A stretch of 64,000 nucleotides of DNA from assembly GCA_965199715.1 (NCBI GenBank), contig OZ241322.1, positions 2,080,001-2,144,000 on the forward strand, written 5' to 3'. The stretch's first letter is position 1. Every line of letters begins with the position of its first letter. The position numbers were made by a program, and so were the translations under genes. Below the pieces are notes generated by a model. The model had not been told where the DNA came from. It saw nothing but the letters and a program-made list of their open reading frames with translations, and searched no databases. Shown piece by piece: positions 45,869 through 54,030 of this stretch. This stretch comes from Vicinamibacteria bacterium (GTDB lineage Bacteria; Acidobacteriota; Vicinamibacteria; Marinacidobacterales; Marinacidobacteraceae).

Positions 45869-48319
45869 ATGACCCGCATCCTGCTCGCCTCCCTGCTTCT
45901 CGCCGGTCCGGTCGCGGCCGAGACCGAGCCGACCGTCGCGCGGGCGCTCGCCTGGGAGCCGGCCGGGACGGCGGCGGAGACGGCCGCCGAGCACAACCAG
46001 GTCATGCGCCGCTACTGCATGACCTGCCACAACGACCGGATGCGGACGGGCAACCTGTCGCTCACCGGATTCGACGCCGGGGCCGCGGCGGCCCATCCGG
46101 ACGTCGCCGAGAAGGTCGTCTCCAAGCTCCATTTGGGCATGATGCCGCCGCCGGGCGCGCGGCGGCCCGACGAGGAGACGCTCGTCGAGATCGCCGGCGC
46201 GCTCGAGGACCAGTTGGACGAGTCGGCGACGCTCCAGCCGAACCCGGGCCGGCGCTCGTTCCAGCGGCTGAACCGGGCCGAGTACACCGCGGCGATCCGG
46301 GATCTGCTGGATCTCGACGTGGACGCCGCCGAGTACCTGCCGCAGGACACCATCAGCGCCAACTTCGACAACATCGCCGACGTCCAGCTCCTGTCGGCGA
46401 CGCTCATGGACTCGTACCTGCGGGCGGCCGGCGAGATCAGCCGGGTCGCGGTCGGGGATCCCGACACCGCGCCGGCGGAGACCAGCTACTTCGTCTCGCG
46501 CTGGGCCTCGCAGCGGATGCAGGTCGAGGGCGCTCCCTACGGCACCCGCGGTGGGATTGCGGTCGAGCACACCTTTCCGGCGGACGGCCACTACGTCTTC
46601 CGGGTCTCGCTCCACCACGAGGTCTGCGGCCCGATCGTGGGGACCGCCGCCGGCGCGCTGAACGACGCGAGCACCCCCGAGCAGCTCGAGGTGTCCATCG
46701 ACGGGCAGCGGGTCGCGCTCCTGCCGGTGGACCCGTGGATGCACACCTCGGATCCCGACGGCGCGACGATGCGCACCGAGCCTATCTTCGTCCGCGCCGG
46801 GCCCCGCATGGTGGCCGCCGCGTTCCTGCGCACCTTCGACGGCCCGACGCTGGACCTGGTCTCGCCGCATGAATGGTCGCTCGCAAGCACGAACATCGCG
46901 CTGACCTACGGCATCCACAGCCTCCCGCACCTGCGCGACGTGCTGATCCGGGGGCCGTTCGAGGCGACCGGCGTCTCCGACACGCCGAGCCGCCAGCGCA
47001 TCTTCTCCTGCCGCCCGCTCTCGCCCGAAGAGGCGCGTCCGTGCGCCGAGGAGATCGTGGACCGGCTCGGGCGCCTCGCCTACCGGCGCTCGCTCGAGGA
47101 CCAAAACCGGAACGCGCTGCTCGCGCTCTACGACGCCGGCTACGAGGCCGAGGGGTTCGAGGCGGGGATCCGGATGGCGCTGGAAGGGGTTCTCGCGAGC
47201 CCCAACTTCGTGTTCCGGATCGAGGAGCCGCTCGATCCGAGGGAAGCGGAGTTCGGCTACCGCATCACCGACACGGACCTCGCGTCCCGGCTGTCCTTCT
47301 TCCTGTGGGGGACGATCCCCGACGACGAGCTTCTGGACGCCGCCGAATCCGGCGAGCTCTCCGAACCCCAGACGCTGCGCGCCCAGGTCCTGCGCATGCT
47401 GCGGGACGACCGCGCCCGCGCGCTGTCGCGGCGATTCGCCCACCAGTGGTTCCGTCTCCAGGATCTCAAGAAGATCAACCCGAACGTCCGCATCTACCCC
47501 GACTTCCACCAACAGCTCAAGACGGCCATGGTGAAGGAGACGGAGATGTTCTTCGACCACCTCGTGGCCGAGGACCGGAGCGTCTTCGATCTCTACGCGG
47601 CGGACTACACGTTCCTGAACGAGCGGCTCGCGAAGCACTACGGGATTCCCGGGGTGGTCGGCCCCGAGCACCGGATGGTGCGGTACCCGGACGACACGCG
47701 CCGCGGGGTCTTCGGGCACGGCAGCATGCTGACCCTGACCTCGCACCCGTACCGCACCTCGGCGGTGCTGCGGGGCAAGTGGATCATGGAGGTGCTGCTC
47801 GGCAGCCCGCCGCCGCCCCCGCCGCCCGACGTGCCCGACCTCGACGCCGTGGAGTCCGGCGAGCCGGGCCGGCAGCTCACCGCCCGGGAGCAGCTCGAGA
47901 TCCACCGGGACAACCCGGCCTGCCGATCCTGCCACCGGATGATGGACCCGATCGGCCTCGCGCTCGAGCACTTCGACGTGACCGGACGGACCCGTGTCAA
48001 GGACCAGGGCCAGCCGGTGGACGCTTCGGGCGAGTTCTACGACGGCACCCCGATCCAGGACGTGAAGGACCTGCGGGAAGCCCTGCTGAAGCGCCCGATC
48101 CCGCTGCTTCGGACCTTCACCGAGAACCTGATGGCCTACGCCCTGGGCCGCCGGATCGAGTACTTCGACCAGCCGCGGATCCGCGAGATCGTGGCCGCCG
48201 CCGAGGCCGAGGACCACCGCTTCTCGGCCTTCGTTCTGGGCGTGGTCACGAGCCCCGCGTTCCAGGAGAAGGGCGAGGCCATGGAAGTCGCGACGGACGC
48301 GGTCGCGGGAGAGCAGTAA
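45869..48319 (+). CDS. DUF1592-family di-heme cytochrome c protein (copy 2)
   Basis: Same architecture as copy 1 (CMTCH, CRSCH). Diverged, with identical patches. Confidence 0.9.
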   Translation: MTRILLASLLLAGPVAAETEPTVARALAWEPAGTAAETAAEHNQVMRRYCMTCHNDRMRTGNLSLTGFDAGAAAAHPDVAEKVVSKLHLGMMPPPGARRPDEETLVEIAGALEDQLDESATLQPNPGRRSFQRLNRAEYTAAIRDLLDLDVDAAEYLPQDTISANFDNIADVQLLSATLMDSYLRAAGEISRVAVGDPDTAPAETSYFVSRWASQRMQVEGAPYGTRGGIAVEHTFPADGHYVFRVSLHHEVCGPIVGTAAGALNDASTPEQLEVSIDGQRVALLPVDPWMHTSDPDGATMRTEPIFVRAGPRMVAAAFLRTFDGPTLDLVSPHEWSLASTNIALTYGIHSLPHLRDVLIRGPFEATGVSDTPSRQRIFSCRPLSPEEARPCAEEIVDRLGRLAYRRSLEDQNRNALLALYDAGYEAEGFEAGIRMALEGVLASPNFVFRIEEPLDPREAEFGYRITDTDLASRLSFFLWGTIPDDELLDAAESGELSEPQTLRAQVLRMLRDDRARALSRRFAHQWFRLQDLKKINPNVRIYPDFHQQLKTAMVKETEMFFDHLVAEDRSVFDLYAADYTFLNERLAKHYGIPGVVGPEHRMVRYPDDTRRGVFGHGSMLTLTSHPYRTSAVLRGKWIMEVLLGSPPPPPPPDVPDLDAVESGEPGRQLTAREQLEIHRDNPACRSCHRMMDPIGLALEHFDVTGRTRVKDQGQPVDASGEFYDGTPIQDVKDLREALLKRPIPLLRTFTENLMAYALGRRIEYFDQPRIREIVAAAEAEDHRFSAFVLGVVTSPAFQEKGEAMEVATDAVAGEQ

Positions 48320-48334
48320 CCCGCAAGCGTTCAA

Positions 48335-48373
48335 CGACTTGTGCCCGCAGGCCTTCGCTGCGGGCGCGAGTTG
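48335..48373 (+). other. Intergenic RNA hairpin (16-bp stem with G-U pairs)
   Basis: cgacttgtgcccgcag-gccttcg-ctgcgggcgcgagttg. All three non-Watson-Crick positions are G-U on the + strand. Confidence 0.6.
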
Positions 48374-48423
48374 CGGCGGACCGGCGGCCGCCATATCCTA
48401 GACGGCCGGATTCCACCTCCACA

Positions 48424-49829
48424 CGGGAGAAAGAGATGAACTACCTGACGGGCAAGAGCATTCCTCGGCGGACGTTCCTGCGTGGGGCTGGGGCGACGGT
48501 GGCGGTTCCGTTCCTCGACGCGATGGTTCCGGCGAGCGTCCTGGGGCGGACGACGGCGGACCGCGAGGCGGACCCGACGCGGCTGGTGGCGATCGAGATC
48601 GTGCACGGGGCGGCGGGGAGCAACAAGTACGGTCGTGAGCGGAACCTGTGGTCTCCGGCGGCGGAGGGGCGCGGGTTCGACCTGTCGGCGGGGGCGCTGG
48701 CGCCGCTGGAGCCGGTGCGGGACTACGTGACGATCGTGAGCGACGCGGACGTGGAGCCGGCGGAGGCGCGGACGGCGCGCGAGATCGGGGGGGACCACTT
48801 CCGTTCGAGCGCGGCGTTCCTGACGCAGTCGTACCCGAAGCAGACGGAGAGTTCGGACGTGTACGCGGGGACGTCGATGGACCAGTTGTACGCGCAGCGC
48901 TACGGGCAGAACACGCCGATCCCGTCGATGCAGTTGTGCATCGAGACGGTGGACCAGGCGGGGGGCTGCGCGTACGGGTACGCCTGCGTGTACACGGACA
49001 CGATCAGTTGGGCGTCGCCGACGGAGCCGCTGCCGATGACGCGGGATCCGCGGATCGTGTTCGACCAGTTGTTCGGTGCGGGGGGGACGCCGGAGGGCCG
49101 GATCGCGCGGCAGCGGGCGCGCCAGAGCGTGCTGGACTTCATCGGCTCGGAGGTGACGGACCTGCTGCTGCGGCTGGACCCGGAGGACGTGCGGCGGATG
49201 GACCGGTACATGACGGACATCCGGGAGATGGAGCGTCGGATCGAGCGGATCGTGGAGCGGAACACGAGCGGTGAGCTGCGGGAGCTTCCGGACGCGCCGG
49301 CGGGGGTTCCGGACTCGTTCGACGAGCACGTGAAGATCATGTTCGACCTTCAGGCGCTGGCGTTCCAGTCGGACATGACGCGGGTGTTCAGCTTCAAGCT
49401 GGGGCGGGACGCTTCGAGCCGGGTGTACCCGGAGAGCGGTGAGGCGACGGCGTTCCATCCGGCGTCGCATCACGGGAACGACGAGGAGCGGGTGGAGGTT
49501 CTGGGCCGGATCAACCGGTACCACGTGGGCCTGGTTCCGTACTTCATGGAGAAGCTGCGGAGCGTCGAGGAGGAGGGTCAGTCGCTGCTGGACAAGACGA
49601 TGATCCTGTACGGGTCGCCGATGGGCGACCCGAACATCCACAACCACAAGCGGGTTCCGTTCTTCGTGGCGGGAGGCGCGAACGGGACGCTGGAGCACGA
49701 CCTGCATCTGCGCGCTGCGCCGGGGACGCCGCTGGCGAACGTGATGCTGACGCTGCTGCGGAAGCTGGGCCTCGAGGACCTCGAGAGCTTCGGGAACAGC
49801 ACCGGCGACTTCTCGCTCTCCGCATGACC
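48424..49829 (+). repeat. 1406-bp direct repeat, copy 2 (G/T-skewed, GRINS-like)
   Basis: Appears identical to 42506-43911. Confidence 0.92.
48436..49827 (+). CDS. DUF1552 (HxxSHH) protein (copy 2, identical to copy 1)
   Basis: Translation identical to 42518..43909. Confidence 0.9.
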   Translation: MNYLTGKSIPRRTFLRGAGATVAVPFLDAMVPASVLGRTTADREADPTRLVAIEIVHGAAGSNKYGRERNLWSPAAEGRGFDLSAGALAPLEPVRDYVTIVSDADVEPAEARTAREIGGDHFRSSAAFLTQSYPKQTESSDVYAGTSMDQLYAQRYGQNTPIPSMQLCIETVDQAGGCAYGYACVYTDTISWASPTEPLPMTRDPRIVFDQLFGAGGTPEGRIARQRARQSVLDFIGSEVTDLLLRLDPEDVRRMDRYMTDIREMERRIERIVERNTSGELRELPDAPAGVPDSFDEHVKIMFDLQALAFQSDMTRVFSFKLGRDASSRVYPESGEATAFHPASHHGNDEERVEVLGRINRYHVGLVPYFMEKLRSVEEEGQSLLDKTMILYGSPMGDPNIHNHKRVPFFVAGGANGTLEHDLHLRAAPGTPLANVMLTLLRKLGLEDLESFGNSTGDFSLSA

Positions 49830-51587
49830 TTTCGCCTCCTGCTGGTCGCGATCCTCGCGGTGGCGTGGCAGGCGCTCGCCCAGTCGTCCGTGCTGGACGC
49901 CGCCATGCGCGGCGATCTCGCGGCGCTCAAGGAGCGCGTGCGCTCGGGCGGCGACGTGAACGCGGCGCAGGGCGACGGGTTCACCGCGCTGCACTGGGCG
50001 GCGAAGCTCGGGAACGAGGAGATCGCCCGGGTGCTGATCGCGGCGGGGGCGGACGTGCGGGCGACGACCCGGATCGGCAACCACATGCCGCTCCACGTCG
50101 CGGCGGCGGCCGGTCAGGCCGGAGTCGCCGAGGCGCTGCTCGGGGGCGGGGCTCCGATCGCCCCGGCCACCGCCACCGGCGCCCTGCCGATCCACTTCGC
50201 CGCCGCCGCCGGCGATCCGAAGACCGTCCGGGCGCTTCTCGCGGCGGGCGCCGATCCCGGAGCGACCGAGGAGCATTGGGGCATGACGCCCCTCATGTTC
50301 GCCTCGGTGCGCGACCGGACGACGGTGATTCCCGTGCTGCTCGGGGCGGGCGCCGACGCGGACGCGGCCGCGAACGTCCTCGACGTGGTGGAGCGCGCCC
50401 GGCTCGACGCCGAGGAGCGCCGGGCGTGGCAGGAGCAGCTCGCCGCCGAGCGCGGGGAGTCCGGCGTGCTCCGCGCCGAACGGCCGCTCACGGCCACCGG
50501 CTCCGATCCGACGCGCGGAACCGGCGGGACCGGCGGCGGCGCGCCCCCCGAGCCCGAGGCGCGCGAGCGCGACCCGGACGAGCCCCGCCCGCTCAGCTAC
50601 GAGGAGCGGGTGCGCTCCCACGGCGGCCTCACCGCGCTGCTCCTCGCCGCGCGCGAGGGACAGGTCGCGTCCGCGCTCGCGCTTCTCGACGCCGGGGCCG
50701 ACGTGAACCGGCCTGCCGAGGGGACCGGCACCACGCCGCTGCTCATGGCGGTCATCAACGGGCACTTCGACCTCGCGATGACGCTGCTCGGACGGGGCGC
50801 CGACCCCACGATCGCCGACGTCCAGGGCGCGACGCCGCTCTACGGAGCCGTCAACACCTATTGGATCCCGAAGGCCCGTCACCCGCAGCCCGCCGACTAC
50901 CTGCGCCAGGAGACTTCGCACCTCGATCTCATGCAGGCGCTCATCGACGCGGGAGCCGACGTGGACGCGCGGATCGACCACTCGCTCTGGTACACGGTCT
51001 TCAACGTGGACCAGCTCGGCGTGGACCGCAGCGGCGCCACCGCGTTCTGGCGCGCCGCCTACGCGCTCGACGTCCCGGCGATGAAACTGCTCGTCGAAAA
51101 CGGCGCGAACCCCCACCTTCCCACGGTGAAGGTTCCGGAACGGCGACGGCTTCCGAACCTGCTCGAGGAGGGCGAGGCCGATCCGTCCGGCCTGCCTCCG
51201 TCCGAGCTCGGGGATCCCGCCGTCTATCCGATCCACGCCGCCGCCGGAGTCGGCTACGGCCTCGGCCTCGCCGCCAACTCGCATCGCCACGCCCCGGACG
51301 CATGGATGCCCGCCGTCCGGTACCTGGTGGAGGAGGCGGGCGCCGACGTGAGCGTGCGCGACCACAACGGATACACCACCATCCACCATGCGGCCTCGCG
51401 CGGCCACACCGAGATGGTCCAGTACTTGATCGACCACGGCGCCGACCCGCTCGCGGTCGCCCGGACCGGCCAGACGACGATCGATCTCGCGAACGGCCCG
51501 GTGCAGCGGATCAACCCGTTCCCGGAAACCATCGCGCTGCTCGAGACGTACGGAGCGAAGAACAACCACGCATGCGTCGGTTGTTGA
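49824..51587 (+). CDS. Secreted ankyrin-repeat protein with C-terminal CVGC (copy 2)
   Basis: Signal peptide, ankyrin repeats, ends NNHACVGC. Confidence 0.9.
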   Translation: MTFRLLLVAILAVAWQALAQSSVLDAAMRGDLAALKERVRSGGDVNAAQGDGFTALHWAAKLGNEEIARVLIAAGADVRATTRIGNHMPLHVAAAAGQAGVAEALLGGGAPIAPATATGALPIHFAAAAGDPKTVRALLAAGADPGATEEHWGMTPLMFASVRDRTTVIPVLLGAGADADAAANVLDVVERARLDAEERRAWQEQLAAERGESGVLRAERPLTATGSDPTRGTGGTGGGAPPEPEARERDPDEPRPLSYEERVRSHGGLTALLLAAREGQVASALALLDAGADVNRPAEGTGTTPLLMAVINGHFDLAMTLLGRGADPTIADVQGATPLYGAVNTYWIPKARHPQPADYLRQETSHLDLMQALIDAGADVDARIDHSLWYTVFNVDQLGVDRSGATAFWRAAYALDVPAMKLLVENGANPHLPTVKVPERRRLPNLLEEGEADPSGLPPSELGDPAVYPIHAAAGVGYGLGLAANSHRHAPDAWMPAVRYLVEEAGADVSVRDHNGYTTIHHAASRGHTEMVQYLIDHGADPLAVARTGQTTIDLANGPVQRINPFPETIALLETYGAKNNHACVGC

Positions 51588-51616
51588 TCCGCTCCGCTCT
51601 CTCGCGAGGAATCCCG

Positions 51617-52531
51617 ATGCGCCCGCTCCTTCTCTCCGCTCTCGCGCTGCTGCTCGCCGCGCCCGCCCTCGCGCAGGATCCCGACTGGGACGCCGTCGAG
51701 ATCACCTCCGAGGATCTCGGGAACGGCGTCCACGTGCTGTTCGGCCGGGGCGGCAACATCGGCGTCAGCGCCGGAGCCGACGGGGCGCTGCTCGTCGATG
51801 ACCAGTACGCGCCGCTCACCGACAAGATCCTCGCCGCCGTCGGCGGGATCACCGACGAGCCGGTCCGGTTCGTCGTGAACACGCACTGGCACGGCGACCA
51901 CACCGGCGGCAACGAGAACCTCGGGAAGGCCGGCAGCCTCATCGTGGCGCACGAGAACGTCCGCCGCCGGATGAACCCCGCCGACTTCGCCGACCTCGTC
52001 GGCCGCAGCGACCAGGCGGCCCCCGAAGCGCTCCCGGTGGTCACCTTCGAGCACGGCGTCACCCTGCACTGGAACGGTCTCGCCATCGAGGCCGTCCACG
52101 CCCCGAGCGCCCACACCGACGGCGATTCGATCATCTTCTTCGAGGGCGCCGACGTCGTCCACATGGGCGACCTCTTCTTCAACGGCGCCTTCCCGTTCAT
52201 CGACGTGGACTCGGGCGGCCACATCGACGGCCTGATCGCCGCCGCCGCGCTCGTCGCCGACCGCACCGACGCCCAGACCCAGATCATTCCCGGACACGGT
52301 CCGATGGCCGACCGGGCGCGGCTGCTGCGCTACCAAGCGGCGCTCGAGGCGGCGAAGGAGCGCATCGGCGCCCGGGTCGAGGCGGGCCAGTCGGAGGACG
52401 AGGCCGCGGCGGACTACGCGGCGCTCGTCACCGGGATCGGGACCGACGTCGGCTGGTCCCCCGACGCCGCCGGCTTCGTGAACGCGGAGCGGTTCGTCCG
52501 GCTCGTCCACCGGAGCCTCAGCTCGAACTAG
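51617..52531 (+). CDS. Secreted MBL-fold metallo-hydrolase
   Basis: RBS GAGGA, signal peptide, NTHWHGDHTGGN, AHTDGD, HMGD, IIPGHG. Confidence 0.9.
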   Translation: MRPLLLSALALLLAAPALAQDPDWDAVEITSEDLGNGVHVLFGRGGNIGVSAGADGALLVDDQYAPLTDKILAAVGGITDEPVRFVVNTHWHGDHTGGNENLGKAGSLIVAHENVRRRMNPADFADLVGRSDQAAPEALPVVTFEHGVTLHWNGLAIEAVHAPSAHTDGDSIIFFEGADVVHMGDLFFNGAFPFIDVDSGGHIDGLIAAAALVADRTDAQTQIIPGHGPMADRARLLRYQAALEAAKERIGARVEAGQSEDEAAADYAALVTGIGTDVGWSPDAAGFVNAERFVRLVHRSLSSN

Positions 52532-54030
52532 CGCGAGACCGGCTCCAGCGTCAGCGGGTCGCGCTCCGGCAGGTGCGTGATCTTCCCGCCGAACAGCGCG
52601 TCGAGGCTACTGCGCCCTTCCGGATCGCCGGGCGCCACGTCCCCGAACACGCCCACGACCAGCATCACCATCTCCTCGGGGCGGAGGTACTTCCGCGCGG
52701 CTTCGCGGACGGCTTCGGCGGTGACCGCCTCCACCTGCTCGCGCCAGCGCGCCCAGTAGGCGTGATCGCGGGCGTAGAGCACGTCGGCGGCGAAGATGCC
52801 GCTGCGGGCTGAAGCGCTCTCGAACCGGCGCGGGAAGCTGTCCACGAGCGCCCGCTTCGCGACCGCGAGCTCCTCGTCGGGAACCAGGTCGTCGCGCATC
52901 CGGTTCACTTCCTCGAGGCAGATGGCCGCGGCCAGCGCGACCGTGGGGCTTTGCGACTGGAACCCGAGCGAGTAGTCGCTCGCGCCGAGCGGGTTCAGGT
53001 TGTAGCGGCCGCCCGCGCCGTAGGCGAGGCCCTCGTCGGACCGCACGCGCTGCATGATCCGGGACGTGAAGCCGCTCGCGCCGAGCACGTGATCCATGAC
53101 CTGGATGGCGGCGCGGTCCGGGTTCTCCCAGTCGGTCCAGCGCGGCCCGAGGTGGCCGATGCGCACCTTGCCCTGCGGAATGTCCTTCTCCACGAAGTAG
53201 ATCCCCGCCGCGGGCGACGCGGTCTCCTCCTCGGGCGGCCACGCGACGGCCGCGTCGGACTCCGGCTCCGGCCACTGCGCGAGCCGGTCGCCCAGCTCGG
53301 CGAGGATCGCCTCCGCGTCCACGTCGCCCGACACCGAGATCACCATGTGCTCGGGCCGCCAGTACTTCCGGTGGAACGCGCGGAGGTCGTCGGTTCCGAC
53401 CGCCTCCACGTGCGCCGCGGCGCGCTTGCGGCCCCGGTGATGCGCCTCGCCGTACAGCAGCATGTCCCACTCCCGGCGCAGGAGCGCGTCCCCGTCATCG
53501 TTGCGCTGCTTCATGTCCTCGAGGAGGTTCCCCTTGCGCACTTCGAGCCGCGCCTCGTCGAAGCGGGGCCGCCGGAGCACGTCGAAGAAGAGGTCGAGGC
53601 TCTCGTCGAGCACCGGCGTGATCGTCCGCAGCGAGGCGCTCGACTGGACGCCCGAGGACGAGGTGCTGATCGAGGCGGCGAGGAACTCGATCCGCTCGTC
53701 CAGTTCGTCGGGGGATCGCTCGCCGGCCCCGCCGGTGCGCATCATCCCCGCGGTCATCGAAGCCAGGCCCACTTGGTCCGCCGGATCGAGGAACGAGCCG
53801 ATCCGCAGCGTGATCGACACGCGCACGAGCGGCAGCGCGTGGTCCTCGACGACGACCGCCGGGACCCCGTCCGGCGCCCCCGGATGCGGAATCCGGTGCA
53901 CGGACTCGGCGCCGTCGGGCACCGTGAAGTCGAAGTCGGGGAACGTCAGGTCTTCCGGACGGTCCGGGATCTCCACCTGCGCCGCCGCCGGCGCGGCCAG
54001 AAGCAGCGCGGTCGCGAGGAACGTTCTCAT
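52528..54030 (-). CDS. M16 peptidase family protein, non-catalytic subunit
   Basis: Signal peptide, EDHALPLV, GLASMTAGMMRTGG (no HxxEH), RVRSDEGLAY (R/Y pair). Confidence 0.88.
   Translation of the reverse strand: MRTFLATALLLAAPAAAQVEIPDRPEDLTFPDFDFTVPDGAESVHRIPHPGAPDGVPAVVVEDHALPLVRVSITLRIGSFLDPADQVGLASMTAGMMRTGGAGERSPDELDERIEFLAASISTSSSGVQSSASLRTITPVLDESLDLFFDVLRRPRFDEARLEVRKGNLLEDMKQRNDDGDALLRREWDMLLYGEAHHRGRKRAAAHVEAVGTDDLRAFHRKYWRPEHMVISVSGDVDAEAILAELGDRLAQWPEPESDAAVAWPPEEETASPAAGIYFVEKDIPQGKVRIGHLGPRWTDWENPDRAAIQVMDHVLGASGFTSRIMQRVRSDEGLAYGAGGRYNLNPLGASDYSLGFQSQSPTVALAAAICLEEVNRMRDDLVPDEELAVAKRALVDSFPRRFESASARSGIFAADVLYARDHAYWARWREQVEAVTAEAVREAARKYLRPEEMVMLVVGVFGDVAPGDPEGRSSLDALFGGKITHLPERDPLTLEPVSR

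Noticed and set aside
45850-45900. Selenocysteine read-through at CVGC-TGA of the ankyrin genes
   Set aside because: Sequences downstream of the two TGAs are unrelated, no shared SECIS-like hairpin is visible, and the next genes start shortly after.
42506-49829. Repeat as an IS/transposon or DGR template/variable pair
   Set aside because: It encodes DUF1552. There is no transposase, terminal inverted repeat, reverse transcriptase or adenine-specific mismatch.
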